Shown here: piece after piece, positions 55,672-64,000 of the stretch | Layout of the letters: each line of letters begins with the position of its first letter | How positions within the stretch are numbered: position 1 is the stretch's first letter | NCBI GenBank assembly: GCA_003155695.1 | Contig: PMDZ01000005.1 | Coordinates: 49,913 to 113,912, forward strand | Source of the DNA: Candidatus Nomurabacteria bacterium | Lineage (GTDB): Bacteria; Patescibacteriota; Minisyncoccia; Phycocordibacterales; UBA9973 | Direction: 5' to 3' | DNA length: 64,000 nt | The notes under the pieces: model-generated | Seen by the model: the letters and a program-made list of their open reading frames with translations, nothing else | What the model was told of the DNA's origin: nothing | Database searches by the model: none | Program-made: the position numbers and the translations under genes

Positions 55672-57621
55672 CTACAAGAAAATCCTAAAACTAAATTTAG
55701 ATGTTGAGTTAATTAATCTAGAAAACATATTTTTAAACCGGAATGGTGACACGATAGACTCTTTTTCTATAAAATCAACCAAAAACATCTCCGGCACAAC
55801 TTTATGAAACAAAAAGAGCGTCAATTGCTTTTCGGCTTGGATTGAGAGATCATCAATAACAATATCTATTTTGTATGTATTTCCGGTTAATCTAACGCAA
55901 CCGAGAACTTTCGCGGGTAAAATAATATTTTGGGGTTCTCCCTGTATAATAAATTCAATTTCTTCTTTTGGGATGGCGACATCACAAAATATATGAGCTC
56001 CAGCAAGACTAATTGACTCAATAACACCGCTCACCCTGGTAATTACATCGGCTGATTTGTATGATATTAGACTATGCACAGATGAGGGCTTAAAAACGTG
56101 GGTCCGACTTTTTTGATTATTGTAATTTCTTAAAAAATTAATAAGTGAGCCGACAAATATAAGATTAAAACTGTTCCAAAATAAAGCAGTTGCGACAAGA
56201 CTATGCAAGAAGTCTTTAATGTTGCGATTGGAATAAATAAACCAATAATAGATACAAAATATGTTGGCAGCAAACATCGTGACCCAGATTATGAAAAGTA
56301 GATAATAAATAAACGTATTTTGTTTTTCAACCTTTACCTTTTGGGAAACTCTGAATTTCTTTTGTACTCTAATAAGAGCTTTTAACGCTATGACACTGGA
56401 AAAAATACTGGCTATACCAAAATGTTCAGTATAAACAGGATGAAATGTACGACGAGAATAGATATAAGTGACAAAGTAAGAGAAGCCTAAAAATGACATA
56501 AAAACAATTAGATATCGAAGATTGGGAACGTGCGCCATAGGATTAACCAGCAACAAACTAAATAAAATGATTACTGGCAATAACAAATAAAATAATTTTT
56601 GAATACCATTTAAAAAGAAACTTGCTGAATTGAAATAACAAATTCTTTGCATAAGAGTTAGCCCTTTAGCCCATAAAGGAGAATCCGATGATCTAAAAAG
56701 AAGACCGAGCGAACCTGCTCCCCATCGAGTTCTTTGTTTGTGATATTCTGCCAAATCCTCCGGGGCCAAACCATGCGCAAGTTGTTCACTGAGAAATAAG
56801 GACCTCCAGCCTTTAGCATGAAGCTTGAGTGAAGTATGTAAATCCTCGGTCGCAGTTTCTGTAGCAAAACCGCCAACAGAATCAATAGCCGAACGACGAA
56901 GTATCGCTCCGCTACCGCAAAAGAAAGCGGCATTGAACGCATTTTTTGCCGGTTGAATCGATTCATAAAACATACTTTCCTCATTCCAGTAATTTCGATG
57001 AGAAAGTTTGCGAAATTGTATGCTTTCCGTATTATAAAATGTTTGAGGTGTCTGAACAAAAGCCAGATTTTCATCGGTAAAATAACCCAGCGTTCTTTCA
57101 ATAAAATTTTTCTGAGGAACATGGTCGCAATCCAGGCAAACTATAAATTCCGCATCAGAATTTTCCAAGCCAAAATTCATGTTACCTGCTTTTGCATGAA
57201 AATTATCCGGTCGCGCTAAATATTTAGCGCCTATTTTTTGTGTCATTTCTTTGATATTTTCTCGTTTGCCATCATCCAAAACATACACATTACGGACACC
57301 ACAAATATTGAGTGCACCTATAACAGTCATTTTAATAATATGTTCCGGTTCGTTTAATGTAGGGATGAAAACATCTACAGTTCTATCCTGCAAAGGAGGT
57401 ACCCAAATCGGGTGCATTATGCGCCGTGCCGTTATCAGATATAACACGGATATTATGGCGCTATAGGCTTCAGACAAGACTAACGGCCACGCATACCAAG
57501 TATGCCAAGTTGATGCTATTTCAAAACGCCAGAGAAGATAAAAAATACAAACAAGGATATATGCCGGTAGTAAGTAATTAAATATTAATGATGTTTTTTC
57601 CTCGTTAAACTTATTGGGCAT
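55672..57621 (-). CDS. Processive family-2 beta-glycosyltransferase (cellulose-synthase-like) with a possible PilZ-like C-terminal domain
   Basis: Motifs DDG (VYVLDDG), DCD (CLDCDH), TED (ATEDLHT) and QxxRW (QRTRWGAG) are all present. It has N- and C-terminal TM bundles and a ~150-aa C-terminal soluble domain. Confidence 0.75.
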   Translation of the reverse strand: MPNKFNEEKTSLIFNYLLPAYILVCIFYLLWRFEIASTWHTWYAWPLVLSEAYSAIISVLYLITARRIMHPIWVPPLQDRTVDVFIPTLNEPEHIIKMTVIGALNICGVRNVYVLDDGKRENIKEMTQKIGAKYLARPDNFHAKAGNMNFGLENSDAEFIVCLDCDHVPQKNFIERTLGYFTDENLAFVQTPQTFYNTESIQFRKLSHRNYWNEESMFYESIQPAKNAFNAAFFCGSGAILRRSAIDSVGGFATETATEDLHTSLKLHAKGWRSLFLSEQLAHGLAPEDLAEYHKQRTRWGAGSLGLLFRSSDSPLWAKGLTLMQRICYFNSASFFLNGIQKLFYLLLPVIILFSLLLVNPMAHVPNLRYLIVFMSFLGFSYFVTYIYSRRTFHPVYTEHFGIASIFSSVIALKALIRVQKKFRVSQKVKVEKQNTFIYYLLFIIWVTMFAANIFCIYYWFIYSNRNIKDFLHSLVATALFWNSFNLIFVGSLINFLRNYNNQKSRTHVFKPSSVHSLISYKSADVITRVSGVIESISLAGAHIFCDVAIPKEEIEFIIQGEPQNIILPAKVLGCVRLTGNTYKIDIVIDDLSIQAEKQLTLFLFHKVVPEMFLVDFIEKESIVSPFRFKNMFSRLINSTSKFSFRIFL

Positions 57622-57749
57622 GTTTTTATGGTTAAATTCTCTAATAAAAAACCCTAGATAATCATTCTAGAGTCTGATTACTAGTCCATATTATATTACA
57701 AAAGACGTAAAAAGTCAAGTGTTGGGATCTTTTTATCAGAAAATAAATA

Positions 57750-58040
57750 TTAAACAATCAAAAGTAAAATCAGAAAAAGAATCGCAAAACAAGCGAAAAT
57801 TCCGACTGTTTTGATAAAGAACGCTACGGCTTCTTTCTTTTGGTTGTCCAAGTAAAGTTGCAACGGCTCGGACAAAAATAAATATCCCATAACTGCCGCC
57901 GACAGGACAAACAGGCTCAACAAGCTCATGGGAATAAGTATGGTTTCCTTCGGTAAAATCAAGGTTACAATGTTTATGATAAGAACAATGACAACGATAT
58001 ATAATGCTGCCGTTAAGGCATGTAAAAATGGTTTTTTCAT
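57750..58040 (-). CDS. Small membrane protein
   Basis: A 96-aa protein with three hydrophobic helices. Confidence 0.25.
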   Translation of the reverse strand: MKKPFLHALTAALYIVVIVLIINIVTLILPKETILIPMSLLSLFVLSAAVMGYLFLSEPLQLYLDNQKKEAVAFFIKTVGIFACFAILFLILLLIV

Positions 58041-58071
58041 ATTGAGCTATTGTAACATAATTTAAATATTT

Positions 58072-58617
58072 TTATTTTTTGGCGCGTACCAGACTAAATG
58101 TGCCACTGAAGTTTTCGGTAATTTTTTCATTGGAGCCGATTCTCGTAAAAGTTCCGGTTATAGCATTGTTGGTGAAACTTGCCTCATAGTTCAGATTGAC
58201 GCCGAGAACTGTTTGACTTTCGAAAGTCATTTTATTCCCGTTAATTTGCGATTGTATTGTCTTACTGATACTCTCTACACATTTGGGTGGATCACCGGCG
58301 GCAGATCTGCTAGAAGTGTAACAAAGATTATTAAACGTGACCGTCCCATAAGCAACATTGTTTTCGACTTTGTCGATTGTTAAACTTATATCACCACTAA
58401 CATCGATTTTGGCAGTCGTGTTGAAAATAGCTATATTGCCCGAACCTTGCATGCCCTTACCTTCAACAGCTGAAATCCAATTCCCGACCAAATTTTCCTG
58501 TCCATTTTTAACTCCACCCATTTTTGATTTTCCCATTGCTAACACTATTGCCACAATAACCACGACTATAACTATTGCACCGATTAAATAATATTTTGAC
58601 GTTGGTTTATTTTCCAT
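58072..58617 (-). CDS. Secreted/membrane-anchored hypothetical protein, paralogous to 58705-59247
   Basis: It has an N-terminal TM and a shared CYT motif plus a C-terminal ...NNAITGTF... block with its neighbour. Confidence 0.3.
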   Translation of the reverse strand: MENKPTSKYYLIGAIVIVVVIVAIVLAMGKSKMGGVKNGQENLVGNWISAVEGKGMQGSGNIAIFNTTAKIDVSGDISLTIDKVENNVAYGTVTFNNLCYTSSRSAAGDPPKCVESISKTIQSQINGNKMTFESQTVLGVNLNYEASFTNNAITGTFTRIGSNEKITENFSGTFSLVRAKK

Positions 58618-58704
58618 ATTTTTATAAAAATTTTTAATAAAACTAACAGACTCGTCGCACTTTCGACTTTTTATATTATACTATTTATTCATTTTTGAGT
58701 AAAT

Positions 58705-59247
58705 CTAATTGGAAGCCGTACAACCAACCTGGGCGTATAACATGGTTGTATATTCTTTGGTCAAATCAGGTATAAGCATTTTCCCACTCGGAACGAGCGG
58801 ATAACGTAACTTCTCGATTCCCGTCAGCCCGGCTTTGTATATTTCTTTCTCTTTATTGGGCGAGCCTTCAATAACATATGAAAAGACATCGGTAATTGTA
58901 TTATTGGCCAAAGTTCCGGTAATCGTTCCGCTATAGCCATTGGTCATGTCCGGACCCTTCTGTGTCCCCGTCTTTGTCCCGGTAACAGTTGAGCCTTTGA
59001 TATTTATATCAATAAATTCATTGACGGTGTACGGTTCGGTCGCAGTTGCCTCATGATTGTATGTGTAGCATTGTCGGCCATCCTTTAAAACTATTTTGGG
59101 CTGGCTCGCCGGCAGAGTGACGATATCCGGTACTCCATCGGATATAATGATTCGGCCGACTAATTGAGGTACCCAAATCTTTTGGGTTGCCAACAATCCT
59201 ATCCCGATGACGATAAGTATAAAAAGAAATATTCTGATTGCTTTCAT
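58705..59247 (-). CDS. Secreted/membrane-anchored hypothetical protein, paralogous to 58072-58617
   Basis: It has an N-terminal TM, a CYTYNHE motif and an ...ANNTITDVF... block. Confidence 0.3.
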   Translation of the reverse strand: MKAIRIFLFILIVIGIGLLATQKIWVPQLVGRIIISDGVPDIVTLPASQPKIVLKDGRQCYTYNHEATATEPYTVNEFIDINIKGSTVTGTKTGTQKGPDMTNGYSGTITGTLANNTITDVFSYVIEGSPNKEKEIYKAGLTGIEKLRYPLVPSGKMLIPDLTKEYTTMLYAQVGCTASN

Positions 59248-59276
59248 AAAATTAATTATTGTAAAAAATATTTTAA

Positions 59277-59633
59277 TTAAAGCCCATATTGGCCCAAATC
59301 GGAATTAATATTATCAACCGACGTTTTAATTACCCTTTGCGTAACTACAACGGCAAACCAGATTGTAATAATAGTGGAAAGAACTAGTATTATCCATGCG
59401 ATTTGACCAATTTTTCTGGCTTTTGGGTCGTTTGATTTGAAATATTTTATTCCGGGCCATTTTTTCGCAAAAATAAAACAAAGCATGGGAAGAATAATAC
59501 TGAATGCATATATCCACACTTGAGTTGCAACAGTTGTGGAAAGCGGAGCTGAATTCAATTTAACGCCGCAATTGGGACAAAAATAATATTGGGGTAATAT
59601 CGGCTGATGACAGACAGGGCAAATATTTTCCAT
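59277..59633 (-). CDS. Zinc-ribbon membrane protein
   Basis: It has an N-terminal CPVCHQP...CPNCG ribbon followed by two TM helices. Confidence 0.4.
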   Translation of the reverse strand: MENICPVCHQPILPQYYFCPNCGVKLNSAPLSTTVATQVWIYAFSIILPMLCFIFAKKWPGIKYFKSNDPKARKIGQIAWIILVLSTIITIWFAVVVTQRVIKTSVDNINSDLGQYGL

Positions 59634-59679
59634 GTTTTTAGTATATCAAACTCACAATTAAAATCCTAGCTGGCTACAG

Positions 59680-59711
59680 TAGCAAGGAAATCCTTGCTAG
59701 TTTTATTTTTG
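59680..59711 (+). terminator. Strong stem-loop plus U-tract (tagcaagg-aaat-ccttgcta followed by gttttatttttg) inside a divergent promoter region
   Basis: An 8-bp perfect stem is followed by T4AT5 on the plus strand, 70 nt upstream of the 59784 gene. There is no upstream plus-strand gene. Confidence 0.4.
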
Positions 59712-59783
59712 AAGTTAAAACCGCTTGCATAAAACACCCCACATGCGATAATATAAGTGTATTCATCCAAATAATTTATTGAT

Positions 59784-60542
59784 ATGATGTTTATATCTAA
59801 ACACAAAAAAATAATTTTATTTGTACTCTTAATTTCGATTATGACCGTTATTTTTGTGGTATATTATCAAAATAAATTTTTGATACCACGACAGTCATTG
59901 TCTTTTAAGATAAATAAAACAAAAGAAAATTATACAAACCAAGCCGCTGTTGTTTTGCTAACTTTGCCCACAAAAAGCAGTTTTAACGTGGGAGATGAAA
60001 TTGATGTTTTTTTGCAAGTAAACAGCCTCGATCAGGCTATCAACGCTGTAGCAGGCTCTATTACTTTTCCAAATGATAAGTTGAAAATAATTAGTTCATC
60101 TAAAGACAATTCAATAGTTAACTTTTGGATAAATGAACCTTCTTTAAATGATAGTGGAGATGCGATTGATTTTTCTGGTGTAATGACTTCACATAGTTTT
60201 GCAGGGCAAGCAGGCCAAATCCTAACTGTATCATTTAGGGTAATAGCTGGAGGTGCCGCAATGATTGATATAAAAAACACTCAAGTGCTTGCAGATGATG
60301 GACTAGGCACCAACATTTTAGCAACCATAGTCCCAGCAAGCTTAACGCTTGTTTCTCCTACTTCTAAAAAAAATAAATACGATCTTAATGGGGATAGCAA
60401 AGTCGATTTGTCTGACATCAGTATTCTAATATCTCATCTTGGTGTTTTGAATGATTCTCGGTTTGATTTTAATGGAGATGGCAAGGTTGATATAAAAGAC
60501 CTAAGTATATTCATATCAGTCTTGCTACAAAATAAAAGATAA
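59784..60542 (+). CDS. Membrane-anchored protein with a cohesin-like domain and a C-terminal type-I dockerin
   Basis: It has two Ca-binding dockerin repeats (DLNGDSKVDLSDISILISHL and DFNGDGKVDIKDLSIFISVL) and an upstream beta-sandwich, cohesin-like region. Confidence 0.55.
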   Translation: MMFISKHKKIILFVLLISIMTVIFVVYYQNKFLIPRQSLSFKINKTKENYTNQAAVVLLTLPTKSSFNVGDEIDVFLQVNSLDQAINAVAGSITFPNDKLKIISSSKDNSIVNFWINEPSLNDSGDAIDFSGVMTSHSFAGQAGQILTVSFRVIAGGAAMIDIKNTQVLADDGLGTNILATIVPASLTLVSPTSKKNKYDLNGDSKVDLSDISILISHLGVLNDSRFDFNGDGKVDIKDLSIFISVLLQNKR

Positions 60543-60738
60543 TTTAACTCTTATAAGATACCGAGCATAACTAGCAAAAACGGTTCTTGCTTAACTACTT
60601 GTTATTAAACTAATTTAAATCAACCCAAAGATCTCCTTCTTTAGGATTGTTAGGTGGTACCTTTGCTGCAGTTATCTTTGAAGTTCCAATTCCTTGTCTT
60701 TCGCAAGTCTTTCGCAAGGACTGTCCTTGCGAATTCTA

Positions 60739-61131
60739 CTATTGCGGTCTTTTGTATTGTGAAAGCCCGAGAATGTTCCCCTCAGAATCTTTAAACCAGG
60801 CAAGGTTTCCCATCTCTCCATTTTTACCGAGCGGCGTTTTGCCGCGAACGACCGAGCCACCATTTTCGACAATTTTAGCGATTGCCGCGTCGATATCATC
60901 GACATCGACATAAAACATCGGGTACGGCATGTTGGGGTCGCGCTTGCTGGAACCACCATTTATAAAACCCGGCTCAATTGGCTGCATTTTTTCGTTTATC
61001 TCTCCCGTTTGCCAACTGGTGTATCCCATTTGCTCCCACTCGAAAGGCTTCCAACCAAAAACTTTTTGATAAAACGACTTCGCTCTCTCCTTGTCATCCC
61101 AAGGAAACTCAAAATGTGTAACTTTGTTCAT
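60739..61131 (-). CDS. VOC-family (glyoxalase/bleomycin-resistance-like) protein
   Basis: A 130-aa protein with a glyoxalase-fold sequence pattern (HFEFPWDDKERAKSFYQKVFGW...). Confidence 0.65.
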   Translation of the reverse strand: MNKVTHFEFPWDDKERAKSFYQKVFGWKPFEWEQMGYTSWQTGEINEKMQPIEPGFINGGSSKRDPNMPYPMFYVDVDDIDAAIAKIVENGGSVVRGKTPLGKNGEMGNLAWFKDSEGNILGLSQYKRPQ

Positions 61132-61224
61132 AATTCAATTGTACCAAAAAATAATTAATTTTATATTAAAAAGCGATTATCTTCGCAATATTACGAGATG
61201 GGAAGGTCGATGCTGGAACCTTTT

Positions 61225-61785
61225 TCACAAAGAAAACGTCTCTTTGATTTTCTGAGCAACAATCACCGGATCTAGGTGTGTATTATTTATTCTCAAATAA
61301 TTTTTCTCCATTATTTCTCCTTCTAATGAATTCGGTCTATGATTTAAAATACTTTCCCTTAATTTATCATCTGAGCCAGCCTCGCCTCTTTTTGATGGTT
61401 TATGGTTTAATCGATTTTCTGTCTTATTCCGCTTTATCCGCTCTTCTATATCAGATTCAAGCTCTACGTAATATATTTCCGCTCCTTTATCCCTAAATAT
61501 TTTTGTAAGATTTTCAATATAATCCCAGTCGTGTTTATCGTCAAAATACCAAACGTATGTAAAAATTAATCCTTCCAAATCACTCGAAGCAACCTCTTTA
61601 AAGATTTCTTCACGAAAAAGATTCGAGAGTCTCTTGAAGGAAGAAGTTCCGTAGTCAAAAAAATTCAAAACTAATTCAATACTCATATGATTATGAAACA
61701 ACTTTAGATTAGTTATTTTTTCTAGTTCTTGCCCTACTGTCATCTTACCAACAGCTTGTGGCCCTATTATAAGAATAAATTTCAT
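61225..61785 (-). CDS. P-loop kinase-like protein with an atypical Walker A; function unknown
   Basis: It has N-terminal ILIIGPQAVGKMTVG, in which K is followed by M rather than S/T, and a small NMP-kinase-like size. Confidence 0.35.
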   Translation of the reverse strand: MKFILIIGPQAVGKMTVGQELEKITNLKLFHNHMSIELVLNFFDYGTSSFKRLSNLFREEIFKEVASSDLEGLIFTYVWYFDDKHDWDYIENLTKIFRDKGAEIYYVELESDIEERIKRNKTENRLNHKPSKRGEAGSDDKLRESILNHRPNSLEGEIMEKNYLRINNTHLDPVIVAQKIKETFSL

Positions 61786-61823
61786 AATTTCAAGTATACC
61801 AAAATTCTAGTTAAAAGTGATAG

Positions 61824-61894
61824 CTGCCGAACAGGGATTCGAACCCCAATTTTCTCCTCCAGAGGGAGACGTGCTACCTTTACACCATTCGGCA
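61824..61894 (-). tRNA. tRNA-Gln (anticodon CUG)
   Basis: A manual fold of the reverse complement gives a 7-bp acceptor stem with U1-A72 and G73 discriminator, which are Gln identity elements, plus U8. The D-arm is GUGU/GCAC with GG in the loop. The anticodon stem is UCUCC/GGAGA with loop CUCUGGA, and the T-arm carries UUCGAAU. CCA is not encoded. Confidence 0.75.
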
Positions 61895-61972
61895 ATGTGA
61901 TTTCATCATATTACCATAAAATGACGGAAAAACAACCGAAAAAGGTTGAAAAATAATAAGGATTAGGATATA

Positions 61973-62656
61973 ATGGCTCCCATGACAAATCAAAACGATA
62001 ATGGGGCAAATGTTATAGATATAAAATTAAAAGAGATTCAGGATGAATTCCATCAGGGTTTGGAGACGGTGAGCAAATTCAGTCCGGCAGTCACTTTCTA
62101 TGGGTCAACGCGAATGACGGAGGACAGTCCATACTATAAAAAGGTTAGGGATTTGACTTATCGGATTTCCACCGAGCTGGGTTATGCCATTCTCTCCGGT
62201 GGCGGTCCCGGGATTATGGAAGCGGCTAACCGTGGAGCATTTGAGGCCGGAGGAAAATCGGTAGGATTGACGATAAAACTTCCGAATAAACAAATAACTA
62301 ACCCATATCTGACCGACGAAATAATGTTCCATTTCTTTTTCACCAGAAAATCAACTCTTTTTTTCTCGACTGAAGTGTGCATCTTCTGCCCGGGTGGATT
62401 CGGAACATTCGACGAGCTTTTCGAAATTCTTAATCTTCAGCAAACAAAAAAGATGGGCAAAATTCCGGTAATTCTTTACGGTTCCGATTTCTGGAATTCA
62501 ATTGATAAAACAATAAAAGAAGTCCTGCTTGAAAAGTATCATACCGTCAGCAAGGAAGATTTGGACCTATATACCATAACCGATGATGAGGATGAAATAT
62601 TGGAGATAATCAAAACCAGTAAAATTCGTAATGGTGAAGATTCACTCCTTGAATAA
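61973..62656 (+). CDS. LOG-family protein (TIGR00730; cytokinin riboside 5'-monophosphate phosphoribohydrolase-like)
   Basis: It has ILSGGGPGIMEAANRGA and the PGGFGTFDELFE motif. Confidence 0.8.
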   Translation: MAPMTNQNDNGANVIDIKLKEIQDEFHQGLETVSKFSPAVTFYGSTRMTEDSPYYKKVRDLTYRISTELGYAILSGGGPGIMEAANRGAFEAGGKSVGLTIKLPNKQITNPYLTDEIMFHFFFTRKSTLFFSTEVCIFCPGGFGTFDELFEILNLQQTKKMGKIPVILYGSDFWNSIDKTIKEVLLEKYHTVSKEDLDLYTITDDEDEILEIIKTSKIRNGEDSLLE

Positions 62657-62660
62657 AAGA

Positions 62661-62712
62661 AACCCCCGCCAACATCTGTGAAGTTGCGGCGGGGGTTATT
62701 TATTTTGATTTT
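62661..62712. terminator. GC-rich hairpin (cccccgcc...ggcggggg) with T-tracts on both sides, a probable bidirectional terminator for the LOG gene (+) and pyrG (-)
   Basis: An 8-bp G/C stem lies between convergent genes. It is followed by ttatttattttgatttt on the plus strand and by tttctttt on the minus strand. Confidence 0.55.
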
Positions 62713-62727
62713 CTATTTTATTTTTAT

Positions 62728-64000
62728 CTATTTTTTCTTATTTTTGATACAAGCTTTAATGAAAGCCGTGAAGAGTGGCTGCGGAGAAAGTGGGCGTCCA
62801 CTGAATTCCGGATGGAATTGTGTTCCCAGATAAAATGGATGGACATTCGTAGGCAATTCGGCGATTTCGCAAAGCATGCCGTCGGGCGACATCCCGGAGA
62901 AAACAAGCCCGGCTTTTTCTAGCGCATCTTTATAACTGTTGTTCACTTCATAACGATGTCTGTGACGCTCCGATATCGTATCTAAGCCATAAGCATCACC
63001 GGCGACACTCCCCTTTTTTAACTTGGCGGGATAAGCGCCCAAACGCATGGTACCACCCATCTTTTTCTTTTCTATTTTTTCTTTTTGATCTTCCATCACA
63101 TCAATCACTAAATTCTTCGAATCGGGATTGACTTCCCGGGTATTGGCGTCTTTCAATTTCAAAACATTGCGGGCATATTCAATGACCATCATCTGCATGC
63201 CATAACACAAACCAAAATAAGGAATTTTATTAATTCTTGCATATTCGACAGCCATCAATATCCCTTCGATTCCACGCGAACCGAAACCTCCGGGAACAAT
63301 TATGCCGTCGAATTGCGAAAGTTTTTTGACCGATTTCGGATCTTTCTCAAAATCAAGCGACGATATCCAAGTAAGTGACGGTTTGACGTGGCAAGTGTAG
63401 GCCGAATATTTGATAGCTTCGATCACACTCAAATATGAATCGGAAAAAGTAAAATCACCGTTATTGAAATATTTACCAACGACGGCAATTTTTAATTCCT
63501 TTTTTGGGGTATGGGCCGATTTGGCAAATTTAGCCCATTTTTTGGAATTTTCATTTGGAACAATACTACAAGTCATCCCCATAACTTCACAAATAATATC
63601 GCCCAATCCTTCCTTTTCAAAATTTATCGGAATATCGTAAATACTTTCCACGTCTGGGGCAGAAATAACACGATCTTGCGCAATATTGCAGAACATTGAA
63701 ATTTTTTCCTTTCTTTTTTCATCGAGAGGCATCTTGCTTCGTGCGACGATAATATCCGGCTGAATCCCTGATGAATTCAGGGTTCTGGCTGCATGCTGGG
63801 TTGGCTTTGTCTTCATCTCCCCGACATTGCTTGGTATCGGTAAATAAGAGACCATAACAAAAAAGACACTGCTTGGATTCTTGAGCTTCATCATACGAGC
63901 GGCTTCCAAGAATAAGATATTCTCGTATTCACCAATGGTTCCACCGATTTCAATAATGACAACATTGGCTTTAGTTTTGATTCTCGCTTCCTCTATCCGA
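62728..64000 (-). CDS. pyrG: CTP synthase, C-terminal ~420 aa; the N-terminus lies beyond the window end
   Basis: It has GEMKTKPTQH, GIIVPGGFGSRGIEG and LCYGMQMMVIEYARN with the glutamine amidotransferase catalytic Cys. The ORF is open to the window edge. Confidence 0.85.
   Translation of the reverse strand, partial: RIEEARIKTKANVVIIEIGGTIGEYENILFLEAARMMKLKNPSSVFFVMVSYLPIPSNVGEMKTKPTQHAARTLNSSGIQPDIIVARSKMPLDEKRKEKISMFCNIAQDRVISAPDVESIYDIPINFEKEGLGDIICEVMGMTCSIVPNENSKKWAKFAKSAHTPKKELKIAVVGKYFNNGDFTFSDSYLSVIEAIKYSAYTCHVKPSLTWISSLDFEKDPKSVKKLSQFDGIIVPGGFGSRGIEGILMAVEYARINKIPYFGLCYGMQMMVIEYARNVLKLKDANTREVNPDSKNLVIDVMEDQKEKIEKKKMGGTMRLGAYPAKLKKGSVAGDAYGLDTISERHRHRYEVNNSYKDALEKAGLVFSGMSPDGMLCEIAELPTNVHPFYLGTQFHPEFSGRPLSPQPLFTAFIKACIKNKKK

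Noticed and set aside
57455-57621. PilZ assignment for the C-terminus of the cellulose-synthase-like GT2.
   Set aside because: Only a degenerate fit to the RxxxR and D/NxSxxG motifs was seen by eye. It is kept as a hypothesis in the findings rather than a feature call.
1-64000. Alternative genetic code, with UGA or UAG recoded as in some reduced-genome lineages.
   Set aside because: Long conserved genes (ileS at 1169 aa, argS, glyA, thyA) are intact under the standard code and their stops are TAA or TAG at the expected positions. There is no sign of in-frame stop read-through.
1-64000. Mobile elements, prophage or a defence island.
   Set aside because: No transposase, integrase, recombinase, terminal inverted repeats, or restriction, Cas or abortive-infection signature proteins were recognised. 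Composition is uniform across the window.

Overview
This is a low-GC (~35-38%) bacterial chromosomal window that is densely packed with genes read under the standard code, mostly on the minus strand. Its content and style fit a small-genome, monoderm-like bacterium; a Patescibacteria/CPR-like origin is a guess, not a demonstration. Short proteins, many small secreted or membrane proteins, several ECF sigma modules and frequent absence of a Shine-Dalgarno sequence all point that way. The backbone is housekeeping. It includes four aminoacyl-tRNA synthetases (metG, glyQS, ileS, argS), an rpsF-ssb-rpsR cluster, secG, RNase J, recO, tatD and a 3'-truncated pyrG fragment. There is a tRNA-Gln(CUG) and a complete thymidylate and pyrimidine-deoxynucleotide module (dut, tmk, glyA, thyA, folA, dCMP deaminase, a P-loop kinase and three Nudix genes). 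A zwf-gnd-pgl oxidative pentose-phosphate operon, three ECF sigma/putative anti-sigma pairs and a MacAB/HlyD-like ABC exporter are also present. Cell-surface functions include a cellulose-synthase-like processive GT2, an M23 peptidase, a cohesin/dockerin-like protein and a secreted cytochrome-b5-like/Big_2 protein. No transposase, integrase, CRISPR array or recognisable defence island was seen. The most unusual observations are listed below. (1) ileS carries a complete histidine-phosphatase (PGAM-like) domain inserted between the cysteines of its internal zinc knuckle. (2) A conserved heptamer-repeat element, (CGAATTA)n followed by an A-run and ATG, forms the immediate 5' leader of rpsR and glyQS and recurs in-frame inside ileS. 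(3) A promoter-to-terminator leader of about 230 nt sits between glyA and the nudix-tmk-nudix-dut operon, and looks like a candidate riboswitch, attenuator or sRNA. (4) There are orphan plus-strand intrinsic terminators in the argS/ileS spacer and in a divergent promoter region. (5) A secreted protein carries a cytochrome-b5-like heme domain.
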